Of a stretch of DNA of 64,000 nucleotides, positions 56,189 to 64,000 are shown piece by piece; the first letter of the stretch is position 1; each line of letters opens with the position of its first letter. Source of the DNA: an uncultured Gemmatimonadaceae bacterium (lineage in GTDB: Bacteria > Gemmatimonadota > Gemmatimonadetes > Gemmatimonadales > Gemmatimonadaceae); assembly GCA_963751275.1 (NCBI GenBank), contig CAVVTZ010000007.1, forward strand, positions 288,001 through 352,000. The letters run 5' to 3'. The notes below the pieces were generated by a model. The model did not search any database and was not told the origin of the DNA. It saw nothing but the letters and a program-made list of their open reading frames with translations. The position numbers were made by a program, and so were the translations under genes.

Positions 56189-58872
56189 GCAGCGAGCAGC
56201 GACGGGTCCGCGACCCGTACCTCCCACTCGATCATGACGCGTTCGTCGCCGCGAGACCCGCGACCGGACGCGTCATCGTCATCGCGCCCACGCGCGCGGC
56301 GTGCGAGACGATCGAGATGGCGCTGCACCTGCACCTCGACACGCTGCTCGAGCGCGAACACGGCGATGAGATCCGCGCCCTCGCGGGCGCCGGGAGCGGG
56401 TTCGGCATCGTCGCCGGCACCGGTACGGGCAAGACGCTCGCGATCCGCCCGATCGCGGAGACGATCCTCGGCACGACGGCGCTGAGGGTGGGCGTCGTCA
56501 ATCGCGAGCGCGAGGCGACGCCGGACACGCCGACCTGGAACGTCGTGATCGTCACCACGGGCATCGCCCGGCGCTGGTTCCAGGACGGCGACATCCTGCT
56601 GCGCGACACGCTGCTCGTGGACGAGATCCATCAGACCAGTGCGGAGCTCGAATTGTGCCTCGCGCTCGGCAAGCGCGTCGGCTGCCGGTTCATCTGGCTC
56701 TCGGCGACCGTGGATCCGTCGTTCTACGCGAAGTACCTGGACAGCGCGGCGGTGCTCGAGACGCGCGCGTTCGATCCGTCGAAGGCGGCGCGCGTGACCG
56801 TGGTGGACCGGCGGCCGCTGGATTTCATGGATGAGAAGTGGCTCGCGCAGATGACGCGCGAGCGGCGCGGCGTGGGCGTCTTCCTGCCGACGCGCGCGGG
56901 CGTGGAAGAAGTGGCGGAGCTGGTGCGGCGCCGAGCGCCGAAGATCACCACCGCGTTCTACCACGGCGGTGAGCCGGTGCGCGTGATCCGCCCGTTCCTC
57001 GAGGGCGAGGTGCCCAAGCCGTACCTGCTCGCGATGACGGCGGCGGGACAGAGCGCGCTGAACGTATCGGGGCTCGACACCGTGGTGATCGACGACACAC
57101 GGTTCTCGAACCTCATCGAACGCGGGAAGAACGTGCTCACGCGCACGCATCTGGGCGCGAACGAGATCCTCCAGATGGCGGGGCGCGTGCACGGACGCGT
57201 GGAGGGCGGCCGGGTCTTCATGCTGAGCGACCGGCAGATCGATTTCAATTCGCTGAAGCCGGTGGCGCCCGAGTTCCAGCTGGCCGGGGATTCCGAGCGC
57301 GTGGCGCTCACGAGCGCGGCGCTGGGCGTGCGCGCGGACGAGCTCGATCTGCCGGTGCCGCTCGACAAGGGCGCGTACCGGCGCGCGATGGCACTGCTGG
57401 AATCGCGCGGCATCATCGAGAACGGGCGGCTGTCGCGCTACGGCAAAGCGGTGGAAGCGATGCCGGTGGAGCGCGCGTGGGCGGAGCTGCTCGTGCACGC
57501 GGAGGAGGAGCTGGTGCCGTTCGTCGCGGTGATGGCGAGCATCGAGAGCCTGCACCGCATGACGCGCGACGAGCGCGATCTCGAGGGATTGATCGTGCCG
57601 GGGAGCGACCACCTCACGTCGTACAACCTGTACGTGGACGCGTACCGCGCGCACGGCTACGTGGGCAAGGTGTTCGATCTGCCGCGGCATCTCTTCCACG
57701 ACGAGATCCAGGAGTGGGCGGAGGCGCGCGGCGCGCTGGTGAAGAGCGTGGAGGACGCGGCGCTGGGGATGGCGAGCGTGTACCGCGCGCTCGACATGCC
57801 GCTGCCGCGCGAGATGCGATACGCCGACGACGCGGTGCAGCGGAAGTTCGGCGACCTGCTCGCGCGCTTCATGCCGTTCGACCTGGTGATCGACGAGCAG
57901 ACGGCGGACGGCGGCGACGTGCGCGTCTCGAAGACGAGCGTGTGCGGCACGTGGGGGGCGATCGCGGGGACGCTGCGTTATTTCGCCGACCGGTCGGGCG
58001 TCCCGCGCGCGGCGATCGAGGGCACGCAGGTGGCCTTCGACCTGGTGCGCCGCTACGCGACGCAGGGCGACGCCGAACTCGTGCTCGACTGGCACCGGAA
58101 GAAGGATCCCCTGCTGCTGCGGCGCCGGCTCGCCTACTTCGGATTCGAGCTGGGGCGCGAGCAGGAATCGATCGATGTGTTCCCGCCCGAGCTCGCGGCG
58201 AAGGCGCGGCATGCGCTGGCGGAATCGCTCGCGCGCGAGGAGGCGCGGCACCCCGCGGTGAAGCGGAACCACGACGGGATCGACGAGGCGCGGGAACTGT
58301 GGCGGCGCAGCGGCGGCGCGACGCCACGCCTCAGCATGGCCGATCTCACCGCAATGTACGAGGCGAAGCTCGGCGGCGTGAACTCGCTGGATGATTTCCG
58401 CGCGGCGGACCTGACACTCGACCTGGGCGGACGCGTCGCGCCCGCGGACCGCGCGCGCTGGATGGCGCTGCCGTCGGAAGTCATGGTGCGCGACCGGGAA
58501 GTGGACATCGAGTACGACGTGGAGGAGACGCCGGATGGAAGGCCGCTCGGCGTGGCGCGGCTGCGGCTGCCGGAGAAGGTGGCGCGCTCGCTGCACGAGG
58601 CGGAGCTGCCGGTGCTCGACCGGCCGCTGCGCTTCGTCGTCACTCGCGGGCAGCGCGGCGCGGCGCGCGGCAGCACGCTTGATGAACTGCAGGAGGTGCT
58701 CGACCGTCCGTGGACCGATCTGGAAGTGGAGCGGGACGCGGCGCGGCCCTCGCGGCGCGAAGAGCGGCGCGACAAGGTGAAGCGGCACGACCGCGGAGGA
58801 TACGGGGGCCGCGGCGGGAAGGGCGGCGGGAAGCGCGGCGGGAAGGGCGGCGGCCGGCGCGGCCGCCGCTGA
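56185..58872 (+). CDS. HrpB/HrpA-like DExH helicase with RGG tail; probable CTG start
   Basis: 'GTGTGKT', 'VTTGI', 'DEIH', 'SAT', 'FLPTR', 'QMAGR'. The frame is open upstream of 56317 back through a CTGA overlap at 56185. Confidence 0.85.
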   Translation: MSSEQRRVRDPYLPLDHDAFVAARPATGRVIVIAPTRAACETIEMALHLHLDTLLEREHGDEIRALAGAGSGFGIVAGTGTGKTLAIRPIAETILGTTALRVGVVNREREATPDTPTWNVVIVTTGIARRWFQDGDILLRDTLLVDEIHQTSAELELCLALGKRVGCRFIWLSATVDPSFYAKYLDSAAVLETRAFDPSKAARVTVVDRRPLDFMDEKWLAQMTRERRGVGVFLPTRAGVEEVAELVRRRAPKITTAFYHGGEPVRVIRPFLEGEVPKPYLLAMTAAGQSALNVSGLDTVVIDDTRFSNLIERGKNVLTRTHLGANEILQMAGRVHGRVEGGRVFMLSDRQIDFNSLKPVAPEFQLAGDSERVALTSAALGVRADELDLPVPLDKGAYRRAMALLESRGIIENGRLSRYGKAVEAMPVERAWAELLVHAEEELVPFVAVMASIESLHRMTRDERDLEGLIVPGSDHLTSYNLYVDAYRAHGYVGKVFDLPRHLFHDEIQEWAEARGALVKSVEDAALGMASVYRALDMPLPREMRYADDAVQRKFGDLLARFMPFDLVIDEQTADGGDVRVSKTSVCGTWGAIAGTLRYFADRSGVPRAAIEGTQVAFDLVRRYATQGDAELVLDWHRKKDPLLLRRRLAYFGFELGREQESIDVFPPELAAKARHALAESLAREEARHPAVKRNHDGIDEARELWRRSGGATPRLSMADLTAMYEAKLGGVNSLDDFRAADLTLDLGGRVAPADRARWMALPSEVMVRDREVDIEYDVEETPDGRPLGVARLRLPEKVARSLHEAELPVLDRPLRFVVTRGQRGAARGSTLDELQEVLDRPWTDLEVERDAARPSRREERRDKVKRHDRGGYGGRGGKGGGKRGGKGGGRRGRR

Positions 58873-58875
58873 ACG

Positions 58876-59421
58876 CTAGGCCGGCGGCGGCGCCGCGGAG
58901 ACCGGCACCGGCGCGTGCGCCGGCACGCTGTACGTCTCCGTCTTGAACGCCGTGAAGCCGCGCTTGAGGTAGTTCGGCAGCGCGGCCGGATTGTCGAGTG
59001 TGCAGGTGTGCAGCCAGACACGCTTCGCCTTGAGCGCCCAGGCGCGTTCCACCGCCGCGCTCAGCATTTGCTTGCCGAAGCCGCGGCCCACGAACTCCGG
59101 CATGAGACCGAAGTAGACGATCTCCACGCTGTCGTCGCCGCGGCGCTCCAGCTCGAAGTAGCCGGCGGGCGTGCCCTCGGCATACAGCACCCAGATCGAG
59201 ACGCCCGGCGTGTCGAGGCGCGCGCGGCACTGCTCGTCGCTCCAGACCAGCCGGTCGCGCCAGTGATACTGGTGGCCCACTTCGCGGTAGAGATAGCGGA
59301 AGAAGGGAACGGTGCACGCGGAGGCGTGCTCCACGCGCGCGCGACGATCCAACGGCGCCGCGTTCAGCTGCGACGGCGAATTCATCTCGAGGTACGTCCT
59401 GACGACATCGACGTCGGTCAT
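58876..59421 (-). CDS. GNAT acetyltransferase
   Basis: 'YFGLMPEFVGRGFGK', 'WLHTCTLD.PAALPNYLKRGF'. Confidence 0.9.
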   Translation of the reverse strand: MTDVDVVRTYLEMNSPSQLNAAPLDRRARVEHASACTVPFFRYLYREVGHQYHWRDRLVWSDEQCRARLDTPGVSIWVLYAEGTPAGYFELERRGDDSVEIVYFGLMPEFVGRGFGKQMLSAAVERAWALKAKRVWLHTCTLDNPAALPNYLKRGFTAFKTETYSVPAHAPVPVSAAPPPA

Positions 59422-59430
59422 GTGCTTCGT

Positions 59431-59464
59431 CGGGTTCGGGATTCGGGACTCGGGATCCGGGACT
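59431..59464. repeat. CGGGA(T/C)T heptamer tandem repeat
   Basis: cgggtt cgggatt cgggact cgggatc cgggact. Confidence 0.75.
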
Positions 59465-60062
59465 ATCTGGCGGAGCGGGCGCGGCGGTGACGCGCGGCCT
59501 TCGCGCGATTGCCGCAGCTCTTCATGTCGCACCAGCGGCGGCGGCCGTTCTTGGTGTCGTCATGGAAGACGCGCGAGCATCCCGGGTCGGCGCAGCGGCG
59601 GACGCGTGGCAGTTCGCCGAGCACGAGTGCGTCGGCGGCGGATTCGACGACGGGGATCATCAGGCCGGCGAAGGCGTCGCCGCCCGGCACGAAGCTCCGC
59701 ACGAACGCGCCATCGTCGCGGGACTCCACGCGCCGGGTGCCGGCGCTCCGGCCGAGCACGCGGTTGATCTCATCGAGCGCATCCTGCACCACGAGCGGCT
59801 GCTGCACGCCGCGCTCCGCGAGCGCGCGCAGCGACGCGCGCACGCGGCGCGCATCGGCGAGCGCGGCGCTGGCGCCGGCAGGCTGCTCGCGCGCGCGCCG
59901 GATCATCGCGGCGGCGCGCTCGCCATCGAGCACGCCGGCGGCCTTGAGCCAGAGCGCGAGCGCGTCGAAGTCGCGCAGCGCGTCCACGCGCGCGTTGCGG
60001 TGCGTGTCATCGGTGTTGACGAAATCGAGCCAGAGCCGGTCGGCGAGGAAGATCCACGGCAT
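59463..60062 (-). CDS. ABATE / CGNR zinc-finger protein
   Basis: 'LDFVNT' and 'C....C...F.D.TKNGRRRWCDMKSCGNRAK'. Confidence 0.92.
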   Translation of the reverse strand: MPWIFLADRLWLDFVNTDDTHRNARVDALRDFDALALWLKAAGVLDGERAAAMIRRAREQPAGASAALADARRVRASLRALAERGVQQPLVVQDALDEINRVLGRSAGTRRVESRDDGAFVRSFVPGGDAFAGLMIPVVESAADALVLGELPRVRRCADPGCSRVFHDDTKNGRRRWCDMKSCGNRAKAARHRRARSAR

Positions 60063-60174
60063 GCTGCGACGTTACCGGGCGGCACGGTTCGCGGCAAGGC
60101 GTTGCGCGAGCCGCGTTCCGCGCGCCTCGGCCGGGCACGCGGCACGCGGATCGGATTCGAGATAAGTTCCGGTC

Positions 60175-60655
60175 ATGCCGCCAAAACCGTTCATTCTCTC
60201 GGAGTACGTCCGCTGGGGCGACATCGATCTCGCGGGGATCATCTGCTACGGCGCGTACCTGCGCTTCAGCGAGTTGTCCGAGTCGGAGATCTTCCGCGCG
60301 GCGGGGCTGCCGTTCAGCGAGAATGTTCGAGCGCTACAATGTGTGGATGCCGCGAAAGGTGATGCACGCGGAATTCTTCGCCCCAGCGCGGCTGGATGAT
60401 CATCTGCGTGTGGTCACGTATTTCAGCCACATGGGCCGTACATCGCTCACGATCAATTTCGATGTGATGAACGCCGACGCGAGCCAGCTGCACGCGGCCA
60501 CGCACCAGGTGCTCGTCTGCGTCTCGCGCGCCGGATTCACGAAGATGCCGCTGCCCGACGGGATCCGCCGCGCGCTCGAGTCCTTCGCGCTGGACACCGC
60601 CGCGGCGCGCGCCGCCGCGCGGGCGGTCTACGCCTCGAGCGCGTCCTCGGCGTAG
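60175..60655 (+). CDS. Acyl-CoA thioesterase (YbgC/4HBT-like); frameshift ~60322
   Basis: 'VRWGDIDLAGII' then 'EFFAPARLDDHL...GRTSL' in the next frame (extra A in GAGAATG). Confidence 0.85.
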
Positions 60656-61569
60656 GTCAGCCAGCCGGCGTTCTCCTCGGCCACGAGCTCCACCTGCGTG
60701 CCGAAGGGGAGTGTGAGGTTCGGCGCCTCGTGCCCTGCGGGGAAGTCGGCGAGGATCGGCACGTCGAGATCGGCGAAGAGATCGAGGATGAAGTTCTCGA
60801 AGTCATCTTCCTCGGAGCGATCGATCGGCAGCTGCCCGATCACGATCCCCTTCACCCGCTTGAGCAGCCCCGCGGCGCGGAGATGCACGATCCGTTCGTC
60901 GAGCACGCTCATGGGGTCGCGCGTCTCCTCGAGGAAGAGGATCGCGTCGCGCGTGTCCACCTCGTAGGGCGTGCCGATGCTCTGCTGTACGAGGGACAGG
61001 TTGCCGCCGGTCAGGCGTCCGGTGGCGGTGCCCTTTCGCACGACGGTCGCGATCCCCTTGCCGAGTTTCGCCGTGGGGCGCGGCGTGGTGAGCGACGCGA
61101 TGAACGACGCCATCGTCGGGTCGCGCGTGGTGGGGATGAGGTCGTCCACCGTGGGGCCGTGGAAGGTTCGCAGTCCCGCGCGCTTCATCATCCAGAGGTG
61201 CAGCGCGGTGACGTCCGAGTAGCCGATGAACGGCTTCGGATCGTTCCGGAAGAGGTCGGCCTCGAGGTAGGGGATCATGCGCGTCGCGCCGTAGCCGCCG
61301 GTGGCGGCGACGACCGCCTTCACCGTGGGATCGAGCCAGACGCTCATGAAGTTCTCGGCGCGGCGCTCGTCCTCCACGCGCTTGAATCGACGGTCGCCGG
61401 TGATCTCGGGGTCCAGCAACACTTTGAATCCCGCGTGTTCCAATGCCTTCACGCCGCGCAGGAGCCACGGCGCCTTGGGCGTGTAGCTCGGCGTGACGAC
61501 GCCGATGGTGTCGCCCTTCACGAGCGCGCGGGGGCGGAGCAGTGGCGGCGGCGGGGCGGCGGAGACCAT
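60628..61569 (-). CDS. S66 LD-carboxypeptidase
   Basis: 'GGYGA', 'GYSDVT', 'GGNLS', 'LFLEE', 'GH'. Confidence 0.92.
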   Translation of the reverse strand: MVSAAPPPPLLRPRALVKGDTIGVVTPSYTPKAPWLLRGVKALEHAGFKVLLDPEITGDRRFKRVEDERRAENFMSVWLDPTVKAVVAATGGYGATRMIPYLEADLFRNDPKPFIGYSDVTALHLWMMKRAGLRTFHGPTVDDLIPTTRDPTMASFIASLTTPRPTAKLGKGIATVVRKGTATGRLTGGNLSLVQQSIGTPYEVDTRDAILFLEETRDPMSVLDERIVHLRAAGLLKRVKGIVIGQLPIDRSEEDDFENFILDLFADLDVPILADFPAGHEAPNLTLPFGTQVELVAEENAGWLTYAEDALEA

Positions 61570-61702
61570 GGCCGGATGCTAGCGCACGGCGAGGGTCGCG
61601 GGTACCGAAGGCGGGCCAAACAAGCGCCCACCAGTAGGGTCGTCTTTGCCACACGTCAACCACCACACGCGCCTCTGCTGTTTTCACGCTAGATTTCGCC
61701 GT

Positions 61703-62911
61703 ATGACGGGCTCGTCCAATTATTTCCGGAAGGGATTCGGCCTCAAGGCGGAGGTGCAGGAGACGCTGGTCGCCGACTACGCCGGCCATCTCGTGGACCT
61801 GCTGCGGGAGCGCGCGTACACGCTCACCGCCGGCGACACCACGATCCGGCTGGCGCACGAGTTCGGCTTCTGCTACGGCGTGGAGCGCGCCGTGGAGTAC
61901 GCCTACCAGACGCGCCGCAAGTTCCCGGACCGCCGGGTCGTGCTCGTCGGCGAGATCATCCACAACCCGCACGTGAACGCGAAGCTTCGCGCGATGGGCG
62001 TCGAGATCCTCGAGCCGGCGGACGGCGCATTCGACTATTCGCACATCGCGCCCGCGGACGTGGTGATCCTGCCGGCGTTCGGCGTGACGATGAAGGATTT
62101 CGCCACGCTCCGCGCCACCGGCTGCGTGATGGTGGACACGACCTGCGGCTCGGTGCTCAACGTCTGGAAGCGCGTCGAGAGCTACGCGCGCGACGGCTTC
62201 ACGTCCGTGATCCACGGCAAGTACTATCACGAGGAGACGCGGGCGACGGCGTCGCAGGTGGAGACGCATCCCGGCGGCCACTACCTCGTCGTGCGCGACA
62301 TGGCCGAGGCGCGTGTGGTGTGCGACTTCATCGAAGGGCGCGGCACGCGCGAGGAACTGCTCGCGCGCTTCGCGGCCGCGGTGTCGCCCGAGTTCGATCC
62401 CGCGGCGCACCTCGAGCGGATCGGCGTCGCGAACCAGACGACGATGCTCGCGCGCGAGTCGCTGGCGATCGCCGAGGAGATCGGACTCGCGATGGAGCGC
62501 GCGCACGGCGCGGCGTGGCGCGCGTCGCACTTCCGCAGCTTCGACACGATCTGCAGCGCCACGCAGGACCGGCAGGATGCGGTGCAGGCGCTGCTCGCGG
62601 AGCCGCTGGACGTGATGGTCGTGATCGGCGGCTACAACTCCAGCAACACGATCTCGCTGGCCGCGATCTGCGCCGAACGGGTGACGACGTACCACATGGA
62701 GGATGCGACCGCGATCGATCCGGAGCGCGGCACGGTGCGGCACAAGCCGATCGGGCGCGCCGGCGAGGCGGAGCGCGCGGCGTGGCTGCCGGCCACCGGC
62801 CCGCTGCGCGTGGGGATCACGGCCGGCGCGAGCACGCCGAACAACAAGATCGGCGACGCCGTCGCGCGCATCTTCGCGACGCGCGGCATCGACCCGTCCG
62901 CGATCGCGTGA
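61703..62911 (+). CDS. ispH: 4-hydroxy-3-methylbut-2-enyl diphosphate reductase
   Basis: 'FGFCYGVERA', 'IIHNP', 'DTTC', 'NQTT', 'DTICSATQDRQ', 'SSNT', 'TAGASTP'. Confidence 0.96.
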   Translation: MTGSSNYFRKGFGLKAEVQETLVADYAGHLVDLLRERAYTLTAGDTTIRLAHEFGFCYGVERAVEYAYQTRRKFPDRRVVLVGEIIHNPHVNAKLRAMGVEILEPADGAFDYSHIAPADVVILPAFGVTMKDFATLRATGCVMVDTTCGSVLNVWKRVESYARDGFTSVIHGKYYHEETRATASQVETHPGGHYLVVRDMAEARVVCDFIEGRGTREELLARFAAAVSPEFDPAAHLERIGVANQTTMLARESLAIAEEIGLAMERAHGAAWRASHFRSFDTICSATQDRQDAVQALLAEPLDVMVVIGGYNSSNTISLAAICAERVTTYHMEDATAIDPERGTVRHKPIGRAGEAERAAWLPATGPLRVGITAGASTPNNKIGDAVARIFATRGIDPSAIA

Positions 62912-63873
62912 AGGCGGCCCCCGCGCCGGCCTACGGCACCGCCGAGCTGCAGGCCGGCGGATCCACCGTGGTCATCGCACCGGCGCTGGGCGGGAAGATC
63001 GTCTCGATGCGGCTCGGCGGGCGCGAGTGGCTCTGGAGCGATCCGAAGTCGCCGCACCGCGCCGGCGAGTTCCCCGACAGCGGGGGCTACGATGAGCGCT
63101 TTCCCACGGCGGCCGCGTGCAATCTGCCGGCGATCACCGGCCGCTACTCGGCGCTCCATTTGCCGAACGCGTACAGCGGACTCGCGCTGCCGGAGCACGG
63201 CGAATTGTGGAATCAGCCCACGACGTTCTCGCTCGAGACGCGCAATGACGGCGTGTTCGCGACCTGCGGGTGGGTGAGCGAGCGGATGCCGTACCGGTTC
63301 GCGCGCGGTCTGCACGTGACCGCGGACGGGCGCGTGCTGATGCGCTACGCCGTGAAGAACGACGGCCTGGACCTGCTGCCGTATCTCTGGAGTGCGCAGC
63401 CGCTGTTCGCGCTCACGAAGCATACGCGGATCGAGCTGCCGGACGGCGCGCGCGTGCGGGTGTGGCGGCAGCACGGGGTGGACCTCGGCGGCGTGGGCTC
63501 GGAGAGCCGGTGGCCGCGCATCGCGTCGGCGGGGAAGCTGCACGATCTGTCGCGGCCGGACGGGATCGCGCGGCGATTCGCGTACCGCGTGTTCGTGGAC
63601 ACGCCGGCGGGGCACGTCGCGCTGATCGAGGAGGATGCGCGCCTCGACATGTCATTCGACGCGGCGCTCGCGCCGTTCGTCGCGATCTGGGTGAACCGGA
63701 AGGGATGGTCGGCGAGCTCGAAGCGGAAGCCGCCGGTGCATCTCTCGATCGGTCCGAGCAGCGGCGCGCCGGACTCGCTCACGGAGGCGCTCGGCACCTG
63801 GAAAAGCGCGTCATGGCTCGAGCCCGGCGAGACGAAGGAGTGGACCGTCGCCTGGAGTTCGACGAGTGTGTAG
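62908..63873 (+). CDS. Galactose mutarotase / aldose-1-epimerase-like protein
   Basis: GTGA overlap with ispH; 'LGGKIVS', 'GGYDE.FPT', 'EHGELW'. Confidence 0.75.
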   Translation: MKAAPAPAYGTAELQAGGSTVVIAPALGGKIVSMRLGGREWLWSDPKSPHRAGEFPDSGGYDERFPTAAACNLPAITGRYSALHLPNAYSGLALPEHGELWNQPTTFSLETRNDGVFATCGWVSERMPYRFARGLHVTADGRVLMRYAVKNDGLDLLPYLWSAQPLFALTKHTRIELPDGARVRVWRQHGVDLGGVGSESRWPRIASAGKLHDLSRPDGIARRFAYRVFVDTPAGHVALIEEDARLDMSFDAALAPFVAIWVNRKGWSASSKRKPPVHLSIGPSSGAPDSLTEALGTWKSASWLEPGETKEWTVAWSSTSV

Positions 63874-64000
63874 GACGTAGGTCTCGCTCGGCGCGGGGCG
63901 GCGTGACTCCATGCACTGATCGGCGGGCGGCGGGCCCCGCCTCGGCGGCCGACGCTCAAACCGCTTCGAGCTTCGCGCAAACTGCGCGCGAATCTCTCGC

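Overview
This is a high-GC (roughly 70%, judged by eye) bacterial chromosomal window. Gene content and repeat style suggest Gemmatimonadota, which is an inference. It carries about 40 mostly housekeeping or envelope genes: a VIT/vWA protein, an M16 peptidase pair, an ECF sigma/anti-sigma pair, rhodanese, a fused 2-oxoacid dehydrogenase E1, a ~1900-aa Ig-like surface protein, an MCP, NadE, PBP1A, Lon, tandem Ser/Thr kinases, two helicases and IspH. I found no rRNA, tRNA, CRISPR array, transposase or prophage. Highlights: (1) a SelW/Rdx-type selenoprotein missed by the ORF track (CxxU with in-frame UGA and a SECIS-like hairpin, 55270-55518); (2) at least four families of dispersed, modular long palindromes (REPIN/MITE-like, often GTAG-ended) with compensatory arm changes and chimeric copies, occupying most convergent intergenic gaps; (3) an HrpB-like DExH helicase whose motif Ia appears to have moved in front of Walker A; (4) a small HNH nuclease behind a leader peptide and terminator, ending in an ssrA-like ALAA tail; (5) a secreted xxYGR pentapeptide-repeat protein; (6) a recurrent leaderless-promoter signature. 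Many genes contain single-base indels, most likely long-read assembly errors.
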